This document shows, in pieces, positions 26,985-38,156 of a stretch of 64,000 bases of DNA (position 1 is the first letter of the stretch; each line of letters opens with the position of its first letter). The notes under the pieces were generated by a model. The model had not been told where the DNA came from, did not search any database, and saw only the letters and a list, made by a program, of their open reading frames with translations. The translations under genes and the position numbers were made by a program. This DNA comes from an uncultured Mariniplasma sp. (GTDB taxonomy: Bacteria; Bacillota_I; Bacilli_A; Acholeplasmatales; Acholeplasmataceae): NCBI GenBank assembly GCA_964625435.1, contig CAZVDQ010000003.1, forward strand, positions 19,589 to 83,588. The letters run 5' to 3'.

Positions 26985-29900
26985 CTATAATAGTAATAAT
27001 GCTGCTGAGATTGAAGCTCTCTTTATTCTAACTGGAGTTGGTCCATCCATTACATAATCATTATTAGCAACCAAACTAGCCTTCTGGAAAGCTGTTAATG
27101 AACTATCAATGATGTCTGCAATCATGTAATATATGATTGTATTTGGACCATCGGATATTGCTTCAACCAATAGTTCAATTTCAATAGGTGTTAAAGCTTT
27201 CAATTTAACAACTGTAATCTGGCTTGCAACATTCGCTATATCTGTAATTGACAGAATATTCATTGAAACAACAATATGACCCATTTCTGCAATCTTAATA
27301 TCATATATAGCTGGAAGTGCTGGCAATCCTGAATCGTAATTTTGATCACCTAAAACTGTATGAGATTCATCTGTATCAATATTTGAATCATTAATACCAA
27401 TTGATATCATACGGTAGATAACTAGTGAATCAACAGCAATAAGGTTCGCCAACATTGTTGGACCGAATGCTGATGGATCTAATCCTACTACCGCATCCGC
27501 TAAAGTAGTTGTTGCTGGATCGTTTGTTGGAACATTTCCAATAACTTTTAATCCATCAATTAATTTGGTTAATTCATCAAACTTCAAATCATATGTATTT
27601 CTATAAGCTGTTGTTGGAACACCATAGTTGAATCCACCTCTTACATCAGATACTGCTGCAATCATTGGTTCGGATAGAATATGAACTATAAGTGGTGAAT
27701 AACCATCAGGATAATTGACTGAATCAGTTGTACCTAAAGCAACTACCTGGTCAAGCTGAGCAAATGTAATTTGTGCTGTAGTAATGCTTCCTGCACCGCT
27801 TGTTCCAATATTTAATATTTCAAGTGCATCTAGAATATTATCAATTTCAGGTCTCTTAATATCCTTCTTGTTAACTAATTCTGTGTAACTTTCATCAGGA
27901 ATATTATCGATACCATCAATCAAAGCTGTAGAAATCATTCTATTCATAATAATTGATTGATCAGGGAATGATTTGAGTGTTGCAACACTTAATGTACTTT
28001 CTGTAACTGTAATCGCAGATACAAGTGTGCTTGAATTTCCACCAGCTAGAGGTAATAATGATTCTTGCATGTAACCAATTTCAGAATCTGTGAGTCTATT
28101 TGCTGGGTTACTTGCAATATATGCTGTATCAGGAATACGAGGTGCACCGAGCATATCTACAACTGAATCAGAAATCATTTGTTTAATAATGACTGAACCG
28201 GTTGCTGTTGTATCTAATGCTTGTGTTTGACCAACTGTTACATCAGTGCTTAATGCATTTACTGAGTCACCTGGAGCACCAAGAACTTCTAATGCATCCG
28301 CAATAGCAACAATTTCTTCATCACTTAAGCGGTCTGTATGGGTTGTATGATAAGCTTCACTTGGTATATTAGCCACACCAAACATCGTAATAACTGAATC
28401 AGAGATGATGAACTTGATGATTGCTGAGCCGTTTGTAGATAGATCTTGTGTTTGACCAACCGTTACATTTGTTGTTGTGATACCTGAAATCTTCGTTGAA
28501 TCATGATCGCCAGGAACGACAACACCAGCAAATACTTCAAGTGCTGATATCATATTAGTTACTTCTGTTGCCTTTAAGTTGTTATTTGAATTATCTGAAA
28601 GATAAGCATCATCAGGTACATTAGCTAAACCAACAGCATCAATGATAGAGTCAGAAATAAGTTTTGTCATAATAATTGATGGTGAAGTTTGAATATCTTT
28701 AAGCTGACCAATCGTAATATCAACATCAATTGTTGATACGGGATCAGTTGGAGCTCCTAAGTATCCTAGGACATCAAGCATATCTGAAATTTCTTGATCA
28801 CTCAAACGGTCTGTATATGTCGCGTGATATGCTGAAGCGGGAATCTTAGGTGCTGTAATCATTGTAATAATTGAATCTGAGATAATAAATTTAATAATAG
28901 ATGAACCCGTACCTGATATATCAAGTGCTTTTGTTTGTCCAATGGTTACATCTGTACTTACTGATGAAACAGCAACATGATCAACTGCATCAGCAGGATC
29001 TCCAGTTACTTTACCAGCTAGTATTTCTAGTGCAAGAATCATGGCTGATACTTCATTTTCAGTTAAATAATTATTTGAATCTCCATTGACATAAGCATCG
29101 AGTGGAACATTTGAAACACCTACTGCATCAATAATCGAATCGCTAATCAGTTTTTCAATAATTAATGATGGTGAAGCATTTAAGCTCTTTAATTGTCCGA
29201 TATTGATATCTGTATCAATTGTTGAAACAGGATCAGCTGAATCACCAAGTACCGATAATACACCTAACATATCTGTAATTTCTTGATCGCTCAAACGACC
29301 AGGATAAGTTGTATTATATGCATCAGCAGGAATCTTAGGTGCTGTAATCATTGTAATAATTGAATCTGAGATAATAAATTTAATAATTGATGAACCCGTT
29401 ACGCTTGTATCTAAATCTTGTGCTTGTCCGATTGTTACATTGGTGCTCACTGAAGAAACCAAGACGGCATCAACATCGCCCGGAATAACTGATCCTGCTA
29501 ATATTTCTAATGCAAGAATCATTTCATCAACTTCTGCTGGTTTTAAGTTATTGCCAGGAGTATCTGAGAGATAAGCATCATCAGGTACATTAGCTAAACC
29601 AACAGCATCTATTATTGAATCTGAGATTAATTTTTCGGTAATTAAGGATATCAAAGCATTTAAGCCTTTCACTTGGCCAATCGTGACATCGGTACCAATT
29701 GTGGAAACTAATAATGCATCATTGCCATTAGCCAATATATCAATTGCATCAATCATGGCAGTAATCTCAGAATCAGTCAAACGATCTGCTGGATCACTAT
29801 TGCGATACGAGGCTACAGGAATATCTCCAACACCAATCATATCAACAACTGCATCTGATATAATTTGTTTAATGATTACTGAATTATTTGTCTTAAGTTG

Positions 29901-32900
29901 TTGTGTCTGTCCATTTGTAACTGTTGTGCTAACTGAAGAAACTAGGACATCGTCAACTTCATCTTCTGGGTCACCAGCAACTTTTCCTGCAAGAATTTCC
30001 AATGCAAGAATCATTTCATCAACTTCTGCTGATTTTAAATTATTACCAGGAATATCTGAGAGATAAGCATCATCAGGTACATTAGCTAAACTAACAGCAT
30101 CTATTATTGAATCTGAGATTAATTTTTCTGTAATTAAGGATGTTAAGGCATTTAAGCCCTTAACTTGCCCAATCGTGACATCGGTACCAATTGCTGTAAC
30201 TAATAATGCATCATTGCCATCAGCCAATATATCAATTGCATCTATCATAGAAACAATTTCAGAATCAGTTAAACGATCAGCTGGATCACTATTGCGATAT
30301 GATGCTACAGGAATATCTCCAACACCAATCATATCAACAACTGCATCTGAGACAATTTGTTTAATGATCACTGAAGCATTTGTCTTAAGCTGTTGCGTCT
30401 GTCCATTTGTAACGGCTGTACTAACTGAAGCAACTAAAACATCATCAACTTCATCTTCTGGATCACCAGCAACTTTTCCTGCAAGAATTTCTAGTGCAAG
30501 AACCATTTCATCAACTTCTGCTGGTTTTAAATTGTTGCCAGGAGTATCTGAGAGATAAGCGTCATCAGGTACATTAGCCAAACCAACAGCATCAATTATT
30601 GCATCTGATATTAATTTTATTGTAATTGATGAAGTAAGTTCGTTTAGGTCTTTAACCTGTCCAATAGTTACATCAGTTGAAATCAATGTGACCGCCAAGT
30701 TATGATCACCATTAGCAAGAATTTCAATAGCATCAATCATTGAATCGATTTCTGCATCTGTTAATCTATTGAGCGGATCACTTAAGATATGTGCTTCATC
30801 AGGAATCTTGCCTGCATCAGTTGGATCGATTGCATCAATGATCGCATCTGATAATAATTGTTTAACGATATAGGAAGGTGTGCCCTTAAATGCGACTGCC
30901 TGTCCTACATTAACATCTGTAGATATTGTTGTAACTAATTCTGTATCTTCACCTAGAATATCTAAGGCATCAATCATTGCATCAATTTCAGTGTCTGTTA
31001 ATCTATTGAGTGGATCGGATCCAATATAAGATTCGTTAGGAACTTTTGCTGCACCTATTGTATCAATTACGGTATCGGATACTAATTGTTTAATAATATA
31101 TGATGGAGTACCCTTAAATTCTTTGACTTGTCCAACAGTAACATCAGTTGAAATATTTGCAACCAATACAAGATCATTATGACCCGATAGTGTATCTAGA
31201 GCATCAATCATAGCTGATATTTCTGCATCAGTTAAACGATTTGTTGATAATCCTCCAATATAAGCTTCACTTGGAATCTTGCCTTCGTCTAGCGGATCAA
31301 TCGTGTCAACAACAGCATCTGAAATAAGTTGTTTAGTTATTGTTGAAGGTAAAAGATTTAAATCTTTAGCTTGTCCAACAGTAACATCTGTAGATATTGC
31401 TGTAACCAAATCTGTATCTTCACCTAAAATACCCAATGCATCAATCATCGCATCTATTTCAGAATCTAAAAGACGTTTATTTGAATCGCCATCAATATGT
31501 GCTTCATCAGGAATTGCGGCTGCGCCTAAAGTATCAATTAAGGCATCAGATACTAATTGTTTAATGATATAGGATGCAGTACCCTTAAAATCTTTGACTT
31601 GTCCAACGGTAACATCTGTAGATATTGCTGTAACAAGTACAGTATCATCATATCCAGATAAAATTTGAAGTGCTTCTACCATTGCAGTGATTTCTTCATC
31701 TGTGAAACGGTTTGTAGCTATACCGTCTTCTCTAGCTTCTAGAGGAATTTTTCCTTCATCTAGTGGATCTATTTGATCTGCTACTTGATCAGAGATTAAT
31801 TGTTTAGTAACAAGCGATGGTAATAAAGCAAGTTCGCTTACTTGACCAACATTAATATCAGTACTTATTGCAGTAACGAGTATTGTAGTATCATCACCAG
31901 CTAATATTTCAAGTGCATCAATCAACGCGTCAATTTCCGCATCTAATAAGCGACCATCGACATCTCCATCAATAAATGCATCAGCAGGCATTGAAGAAGC
32001 TCCAAGTGTATCGACTAAATTATCTGAAATTAATTGTTTAATGATAAATGATTGTGTTCCTTTAAGTTGTATAGCTTTATCAACTGAAACATCTGTTGAG
32101 ACATCAGTAACTAAAACATCTGGATCCCCAGCTAAAATAACTAGAGCATCAATCATTGCTTGTAATTCTGCATCAGATAAACGTGGTGCAGCTGTTCCAG
32201 CAAGTTGAACTGTTCCAGCACCTAATAGGATAATTCCATTGCTTGATCCTGAAGATAAGCCATAAGCATCATCTGGAATGAGGCCAACACCTAATGCATC
32301 AATAATCGCATCAGAAATCATCTGTTTAATGATGGTTGATTCTGTATCTGATAGTGCATCAACATCTCCTACAGTGATTGTAGTAACATCAACTTCTGTA
32401 ATCGTTACTGATGGATCACCACCGCCAAGAATATCAAGTGCAGCAATTAAAGCATCTATTTCAGCTGATGATATTAAGTTATTAATTGGATCGCCTTCAT
32501 AGGCATCATCTGGAATAGAATCTTCGCCCAATGCATCAATGATTGCTTGAGATAATAAGGATTGAACTATCGCAGAATCTGTTTGCGCCAATACATCAGT
32601 AATCTGTCCAATTGTAATCGTTGAAGGATCAATATTATCTAAATCAATATCTAAAATATTAATAGCATTAATGACATCTACTACTTCACTCTTCATAATC
32701 ATATCTGTAAAATCACCGGAGGTTTCAAATGCTGTATCAGGTAAAGTCAGTGTATCTTGTGATTTAATCATTAAATCGATTACAACATAGAGATAAGTAG
32801 AATCTAACAACTCATTAACTTGTGTTTCAGTAAGACTTGTAACTGTATCAATTCCAAGATCAACATTATCAAAATCTGATAAACCTAAAATATTTAATCC

Positions 32901-35900
32901 AGCAAACAAGTCATAAATTTCTTGACTTGTAAGTCTTTCTTCACCAACTGCGCCTTCTGTTGCGGAATCAGGAAGTATAAAATCAGCTGATGTAAATTGT
33001 CCCGCTCCTATCAAATCAATAATTTGATCAGATAATAGAAGTTGAGAAATTTTATCATTTAAATACTTAGATTCAAGGAAACGATCAAAATCATCTTCTC
33101 CTGCTAAATCTTCATTTGCACCAACCATACCCATAATGGTTGCAATAGATATATCTGTTCCATCACTTAATCCTAGCATATCAAATGAGACCATTAAATT
33201 ATGTAATTCAGTTCTTGTCATTAAGTCTTCTTCAACACCAGTTGTACCCTTAGCATCTTCTGGAGCAGACATTGTTAATGTGATTGGATCATCTCCAAAT
33301 GCACCATTGAGCATTTCGCCTATATAATCTCCAAATGCTTCATCTTCAAATAAGCGAGCTAAGATAACATAGATATAATCCGAAGCGATAAATGTTGTAA
33401 AGTCATCTACGGGTACTGTAGGATCTACTAAATTAGAGAATGTATCTAAGCCAATTGTCGATAAATCTCCTAGAACACCTATAGAATTCATCATTCTTCT
33501 GAATTCATCTTTAGGAATTCTATTCACTTCGATGGCTTCATCATCAATAGCATTACCAAGCATAGCATCTGGGGGTGTGATATCAAATGTTGTCATGTTA
33601 GTACCTAGTGATTCGCTTAATGTATCAGCAACGAATGTTCCTATAGCATCTAATTGGAATACTTTGTCTAAAGTTATATATAAAATACCCGAATCGAAAA
33701 CGCGGTCAAAATCATCCTGACCTGTACCAGGATCAATATTACGATCAATTAAGTCTGTAACTGTTTCTAAACCTATTGTGGATAAAGCTTCTGAATCGGT
33801 AACTCCCAAAGAGCGTACAGCAATTAATAAATTACTGACTTCTTCTGCTTTAACGGCACCTTCGATATCTAATAAAATCGGATCAACTGCAAAGAAATCA
33901 TCATCAATAACGAATAGATCTTGAGCCTCGTTCATTGTGTCAACCAAATATGATTGCATATCTGGATTTAATAAGACATCACTTAACATACCTCTGATGA
34001 TCGTTATATCACCTAAGGCATCAAGGCTTTCATCCTCAAGTTGACTATATGCATTAAGATAAGCATCAGTACCTTCTTGAGCTTGAACATCAGCAAGTGT
34101 TGTAACACCCATAGTTTCGAATGCATCACTTGCAACAATAGCTAAACCGTTAATTAATTCAACAATCATACCCGTAGCAAGCATTTCGCCATCAAGGGCA
34201 ATTTCTGGTGTAGTCATTGAAAATCCTAATGATTCGGTTGCTGAACCAGCAAACGTATCAATGATATTTACAAGACTAGTTCTTAGAATTTGTGAAGAGT
34301 CTAGGCTACCAAATGCATCCTCTGCTTTTAATGGATCAGCAAATTGAGTAAATAATTCCATTGAAGCAGTTGACGTATCTTCTGTTAAGCCTAAAACATC
34401 ATGAACTGAGAAGTTCATCACTGATGAACCTTCAAATGATGCACCTAAATCAAGAATAGCACCTAAGAAAGCATTCACTTCAGTTTCCCATACTACACCT
34501 TCGGGATCTTCTGTCGCAAGTGTTGAAGGAATAGCAATATATTCTGACATCGATTCATCTTCACTAAATCTTTGGATATTATAAGCAATATTAGTAAATA
34601 AAAGATTCGAATGATTTTCTAAAGTCGTTGACATTAAATATGATCTAAATGTGTCATCTGCTAATAATGGTGCAAAATCAATATCTTCATAACTTGAATA
34701 ATCTGCCTGATTATCATAAGTATATTTGGCTGCATAATATGCTAAACCTAATACTGAGGCGACATCATCACCTAAATTTACTTCAGATGGAACATATAGT
34801 TCTTCGATACCAAGTGAATCCTTAGCATAGTCTAACGCGCTTATGCCCATGCGATCTAATATTTGTAAATCCTTAAAAGCATCTTCAAATGCTGTAAATT
34901 CAGTATCCGTTAAAGATCCAAACTGAGAAAACAATTCAACCTTTTGATCTAAATCCATGGTTGAAAAATTACCAAGTTCAGAGGCAGTAGTAAATCCATA
35001 AACTGATTCGAGTATTGTTAATAACCCATTGACTTCTTGTCCAAAGTTGAAATCAACAACGCCGCTAACTGGATCGCTAATCAATGCCTCATTGATTAAG
35101 TCATTCAGCATATCATCTGTGACAAATCTATCAACTAAAGCTGGACTTGCAATTTCAATAGCAACATTTACTACTTGACTATCTTCAAAAATATGTGTAA
35201 CAATGGCTCTCATTGATGTCATGTGATTTGCTACAACTTCATCAATAAAACCAAATGTGTCTGCATTTTCACCAAATGCAGTTGATAAACCTAATTGTAG
35301 TGCTTCTGTATAAATATTACCGATATTCATAATTTCAGCATCCCACTCAATTTCATTTAATGCTGTTGTGATATCTTCAGCAAGCTGTTCTTCTATCATC
35401 TGATCACCTAAAACTGTATTGACACCATAATCAACACCAATAGGAATTGCTTCTACAATAAGTTGTAAATCAACAACTTTATCTATAATAGCTCCAATCC
35501 AATCCGGATTTTGAGCATCTAAAAATGCTGCTGGATCACTGATACTATCAAATAGTTCAGTGAGATCAACATCACCATATTCATCTGTAAATATTGTTTC
35601 AATCAACGAAGCAAATCTGTCAATTTCTCCATCTTCGCCAATAAAGAAATCTGGATCGTCTAAAATAAACCCTAAACGATCTTGGATATATGCTTCAACA
35701 TCTAATGGATCAACCCATGTGATTTTTGATTGAACTTCATCAAGAGTTACTGCATAACCAAGTCCCGCATTTAATAAAACGAGCGTTTGCATGTCACCCA
35801 TCGCACGAATAATATCAGTAAATGCCTCTGCTTCTGCTGGAGTCATTTCTAATAATAACTCTGGATTATCTGCATAATTCATTAATTCATCAACTGATCC

Positions 35901-37088
35901 AAAAGTTAACACAGCTTCAACGATGCCATAAATATTCATGAATTCATCTGACCAATCGATACTCGTAAATAACTCAAGTGCTGCAGCTGCATCAGGATTT
36001 TCATATGGATTACCGTACTCTGTAAATTCTGGTAGGGCAACCTGTAAACCATATTGTGTAGCAAAAGGAATTAAGAAATTTAGTAGATCTGAGTTGCTAA
36101 TATAGATAAATATTTGTTCGATATCATCTAAATTATCACTTGATATCGTATTATAATCGAAATTGTCATCAAGATATCCCCCATCAATCAAAATACCAGC
36201 AATACCAAAAATACCCTCAAGTTCCTCACCAAAATTCAATTGAGTTACCTGATCTGATGCATCTTTAACTTGTGTAGTAAATACACGGTTAAAAATATAT
36301 TGTTCAATCGGTTTTCCACCAATCAAAATATCTTTTGTCATTGAGGATAACCCACCTTGATTCATTTCATTAATATTATCTAAGATGTCTTGAATTTCAG
36401 AAGGAATTGCAATGAGTTGTTGGTTACCGGTGCTTAAAGTCTGATTTGATGTATCATCAATAACGACATCAGTTGAAACGACTGATAAATAACCCGAGAA
36501 AACTAAAACGGGTATTAAAAAGACAAAAGCAACAACGAAGCCTCTAACGGCACCCATTGCTCCTCCAAAAAATCTTCCTAAAACATTTTTCTTAAGTTTT
36601 TTACTTTTAACAAACTTCTTATCTACTAAACCTTTTTCTTCAAATATAACTTCTTGTTTTTCATTTTGTTTTTTCAATAATGCTTTTTTTATACCATGCT
36701 TCCAAATTGGTCTAAAAATCGTTAGTGTAAGTGAAAATTTAATGAATGGATATAAAAGAACAAATGCAATAATTCTCAAAACTAAATCCATGATAGCGAC
36801 AATAAATCCCGATAATGCAGGATCTTCTAAATAAGTGATATATTCTGCAGGGACTAATGAACCTGTATATTTCTCTACGAATTGTAAAAGTGAAGCAAGT
36901 GAAAAGGAGGATCCGAAAATCCAACTAAATGAGATGATAGAAACAATCCACAGAGTAATGACCGTCAAGATTATACTTACAATAGTGAAGTAGGTGGACT
37001 TGCTAGAACCTCGTAAAAATCCAATCAAAAAGTGTATTCCTACGAAAAAGCCGATAACTCCCCATTGAATCATTAAGAATGATGGCAT
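26985..37088 (-). CDS. Giant (3367 aa) acidic tandem-repeat surface protein with N-terminal CvpA-like 4-TM anchor
   Basis: Uninterrupted 10.1-kb ORF. GFLRG and GRFFGGAMGAVRGF motifs resemble CvpA. At least 21 copies of an about 80-aa module IP..AY...RL.D.EI..MI.AL.IL...DVT.GQ...II..LISD.IID. Confidence 0.85.
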   Translation of the reverse strand: MPSFLMIQWGVIGFFVGIHFLIGFLRGSSKSTYFTIVSIILTVITLWIVSIISFSWIFGSSFSLASLLQFVEKYTGSLVPAEYITYLEDPALSGFIVAIMDLVLRIIAFVLLYPFIKFSLTLTIFRPIWKHGIKKALLKKQNEKQEVIFEEKGLVDKKFVKSKKLKKNVLGRFFGGAMGAVRGFVVAFVFLIPVLVFSGYLSVVSTDVVIDDTSNQTLSTGNQQLIAIPSEIQDILDNINEMNQGGLSSMTKDILIGGKPIEQYIFNRVFTTQVKDASDQVTQLNFGEELEGIFGIAGILIDGGYLDDNFDYNTISSDNLDDIEQIFIYISNSDLLNFLIPFATQYGLQVALPEFTEYGNPYENPDAAAALELFTSIDWSDEFMNIYGIVEAVLTFGSVDELMNYADNPELLLEMTPAEAEAFTDIIRAMGDMQTLVLLNAGLGYAVTLDEVQSKITWVDPLDVEAYIQDRLGFILDDPDFFIGEDGEIDRFASLIETIFTDEYGDVDLTELFDSISDPAAFLDAQNPDWIGAIIDKVVDLQLIVEAIPIGVDYGVNTVLGDQMIEEQLAEDITTALNEIEWDAEIMNIGNIYTEALQLGLSTAFGENADTFGFIDEVVANHMTSMRAIVTHIFEDSQVVNVAIEIASPALVDRFVTDDMLNDLINEALISDPVSGVVDFNFGQEVNGLLTILESVYGFTTASELGNFSTMDLDQKVELFSQFGSLTDTEFTAFEDAFKDLQILDRMGISALDYAKDSLGIEELYVPSEVNLGDDVASVLGLAYYAAKYTYDNQADYSSYEDIDFAPLLADDTFRSYLMSTTLENHSNLLFTNIAYNIQRFSEDESMSEYIAIPSTLATEDPEGVVWETEVNAFLGAILDLGASFEGSSVMNFSVHDVLGLTEDTSTASMELFTQFADPLKAEDAFGSLDSSQILRTSLVNIIDTFAGSATESLGFSMTTPEIALDGEMLATGMIVELINGLAIVASDAFETMGVTTLADVQAQEGTDAYLNAYSQLEDESLDALGDITIIRGMLSDVLLNPDMQSYLVDTMNEAQDLFVIDDDFFAVDPILLDIEGAVKAEEVSNLLIAVRSLGVTDSEALSTIGLETVTDLIDRNIDPGTGQDDFDRVFDSGILYITLDKVFQLDAIGTFVADTLSESLGTNMTTFDITPPDAMLGNAIDDEAIEVNRIPKDEFRRMMNSIGVLGDLSTIGLDTFSNLVDPTVPVDDFTTFIASDYIYVILARLFEDEAFGDYIGEMLNGAFGDDPITLTMSAPEDAKGTTGVEEDLMTRTELHNLMVSFDMLGLSDGTDISIATIMGMVGANEDLAGEDDFDRFLESKYLNDKISQLLLSDQIIDLIGAGQFTSADFILPDSATEGAVGEERLTSQEIYDLFAGLNILGLSDFDNVDLGIDTVTSLTETQVNELLDSTYLYVVIDLMIKSQDTLTLPDTAFETSGDFTDMIMKSEVVDVINAINILDIDLDNIDPSTITIGQITDVLAQTDSAIVQSLLSQAIIDALGEDSIPDDAYEGDPINNLISSAEIDALIAALDILGGGDPSVTITEVDVTTITVGDVDALSDTESTIIKQMISDAIIDALGVGLIPDDAYGLSSGSSNGIILLGAGTVQLAGTAAPRLSDAELQAMIDALVILAGDPDVLVTDVSTDVSVDKAIQLKGTQSFIIKQLISDNLVDTLGASSMPADAFIDGDVDGRLLDAEIDALIDALEILAGDDTTILVTAISTDINVGQVSELALLPSLVTKQLISDQVADQIDPLDEGKIPLEAREDGIATNRFTDEEITAMVEALQILSGYDDTVLVTAISTDVTVGQVKDFKGTASYIIKQLVSDALIDTLGAAAIPDEAHIDGDSNKRLLDSEIDAMIDALGILGEDTDLVTAISTDVTVGQAKDLNLLPSTITKQLISDAVVDTIDPLDEGKIPSEAYIGGLSTNRLTDAEISAMIDALDTLSGHNDLVLVANISTDVTVGQVKEFKGTPSYIIKQLVSDTVIDTIGAAKVPNESYIGSDPLNRLTDTEIDAMIDALDILGEDTELVTTISTDVNVGQAVAFKGTPSYIVKQLLSDAIIDAIDPTDAGKIPDEAHILSDPLNRLTDAEIDSMIDAIEILANGDHNLAVTLISTDVTIGQVKDLNELTSSITIKLISDAIIDAVGLANVPDDAYLSDTPGNNLKPAEVDEMVLALEILAGKVAGDPEDEVDDVLVASVSTAVTNGQTQQLKTNASVIIKQIVSDAVVDMIGVGDIPVASYRNSDPADRLTDSEIVSMIDAIDILADGNDALLVTAIGTDVTIGQVKGLNALTSLITEKLISDSIIDAVSLANVPDDAYLSDIPGNNLKSAEVDEMILALEILAGKVAGDPEDEVDDVLVSSVSTTVTNGQTQQLKTNNSVIIKQIISDAVVDMIGVGDIPVASYRNSDPADRLTDSEITAMIDAIDILANGNDALLVSTIGTDVTIGQVKGLNALISLITEKLISDSIIDAVGLANVPDDAYLSDTPGNNLKPAEVDEMILALEILAGSVIPGDVDAVLVSSVSTNVTIGQAQDLDTSVTGSSIIKFIISDSIITMITAPKIPADAYNTTYPGRLSDQEITDMLGVLSVLGDSADPVSTIDTDINIGQLKSLNASPSLIIEKLISDSIIDAVGVSNVPLDAYVNGDSNNYLTENEVSAMILALEILAGKVTGDPADAVDHVAVSSVSTDVTIGQTKALDISGTGSSIIKFIISDSIITMITAPKIPASAYHATYTDRLSDQEISDMLDVLGYLGAPTDPVSTIDVDITIGQLKDIQTSPSIIMTKLISDSIIDAVGLANVPDDAYLSDNSNNNLKATEVTNMISALEVFAGVVVPGDHDSTKISGITTTNVTVGQTQDLSTNGSAIIKFIISDSVITMFGVANIPSEAYHTTHTDRLSDEEIVAIADALEVLGAPGDSVNALSTDVTVGQTQALDTTATGSVIIKQMISDSVVDMLGAPRIPDTAYIASNPANRLTDSEIGYMQESLLPLAGGNSSTLVSAITVTESTLSVATLKSFPDQSIIMNRMISTALIDGIDNIPDESYTELVNKKDIKRPEIDNILDALEILNIGTSGAGSITTAQITFAQLDQVVALGTTDSVNYPDGYSPLIVHILSEPMIAAVSDVRGGFNYGVPTTAYRNTYDLKFDELTKLIDGLKVIGNVPTNDPATTTLADAVVGLDPSAFGPTMLANLIAVDSLVIYRMISIGINDSNIDTDESHTVLGDQNYDSGLPALPAIYDIKIAEMGHIVVSMNILSITDIANVASQITVVKLKALTPIEIELLVEAISDGPNTIIYYMIADIIDSSLTAFQKASLVANNDYVMDGPTPVRIKRASISAALLLL
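29470..30660 (-). repeat. Near-identical 492-bp (164-codon) tandem duplication, about 2.4 copies, inside the giant gene
   Basis: GGA(G/A)TATCTGAGAGATAAGC(A/G)TCATCAGGTACATTAGC recurs at 29557, 30049 and 30541 (exact 492 spacing); antisense shadow ORFs at 29683 and 30175 show the same period. Ends approximate. Confidence 0.9.
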
Positions 37089-37232
37089 ATGCTCCCGCCT
37101 TTCTAACTACTTATTTCTTGTATCAATTTTACCAAAAAAGCCCATTAAACACAATCAAATATAACTACGTATATATTTTATGTGTCCAAAAAGCTCTTAT
37201 TTAGTAAAATCTTAATATATCTAAAGCAATTA

Positions 37233-38117
37233 CTATCTATGTGGATTTACATGTACCATACAGTGAAGTACCTCTGGAAACTTCTTTTCAACCTGATGAT
37301 GTACAGTTTCAGCAATTTTATGTGCTTTTTCAAGTGTTAGTGATGCGTCAACTCCAATTTCCACGTCAACATATTCTTTTGTCATATGTTTTCTAACTTT
37401 TAAGTCATCAACACTGATTACGCCTTTGACAGCCATGATAATCGTTTTGATACTTTTTATGTCCTCATCACTCGGTGCTTGATCGGTTAAGTAATCAATT
37501 GATTCTTTAAGAATTTGGATAGCTAATCTTAAGATAAATAGTCCTATCACTATTGAAGCAATGTAGTCAAATATAATTAAATTGAACTGAGAAAGCGTAA
37601 TCCCAATGACAGAAAACAATGTCGCCCATGCATCAATCAAATGATTTCTTGAATCTGCTTTTATCGCAAGACTTCCTGTTTTTTTACTCACCAGCAAATA
37701 ATATCTGAACAGGAAAAGCTTAACAATTAATGCAATTATCGAAATGATGAGAGTCAAAATTGATGGAGCAATCACACTTTCAGGATTTTCAATATAGAGC
37801 AAAATTGATTTTATAGAATTATTTTCAATAAAAATAGCCGTGATTAAGAAAATAATACCTAGTAAAAAATAACCTATTCCTTCATATTTTTCATGTCCAT
37901 AAGGATGATCATGATCAGGTTTTTTCGTAGCTATTCTTAACACAATAAGTAACATCAAACTAATGAAAACATCGGAAAAAGAGTTCAATCCATCGCTTGT
38001 TAAAGCTTCTGAATGCCCTAAGATCCCTGTTGTTAATTTTAAGATTGTCAAAACGATATTGACAATCAAGCCAATCGCAATGGCCTTAAATATATGATTT
38101 CTATTTTCTTTATTCAT
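37233..38117 (-). CDS. Cation diffusion facilitator (FieF-like) transporter
   Basis: SEALTSDGLNS.SD, PD.DHPYGH.KYE, ADS.NH..D, C-terminal HKIAE..H and VHVNP. Confidence 0.9.
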   Translation of the reverse strand: MNKENRNHIFKAIAIGLIVNIVLTILKLTTGILGHSEALTSDGLNSFSDVFISLMLLIVLRIATKKPDHDHPYGHEKYEGIGYFLLGIIFLITAIFIENNSIKSILLYIENPESVIAPSILTLIISIIALIVKLFLFRYYLLVSKKTGSLAIKADSRNHLIDAWATLFSVIGITLSQFNLIIFDYIASIVIGLFILRLAIQILKESIDYLTDQAPSDEDIKSIKTIIMAVKGVISVDDLKVRKHMTKEYVDVEIGVDASLTLEKAHKIAETVHHQVEKKFPEVLHCMVHVNPHR

Positions 38118-38156
38118 TATATCACCCTAAATTTAGAAAACAAATTCTTGGACTCT

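Noticed and set aside
28740-31460. Periodic DNA repeats as a CRISPR array or mobile element
   Set aside because: Periods are 471-492 bp, in frame and fully coding; there is no short repeat-spacer structure, cas gene or transposase.
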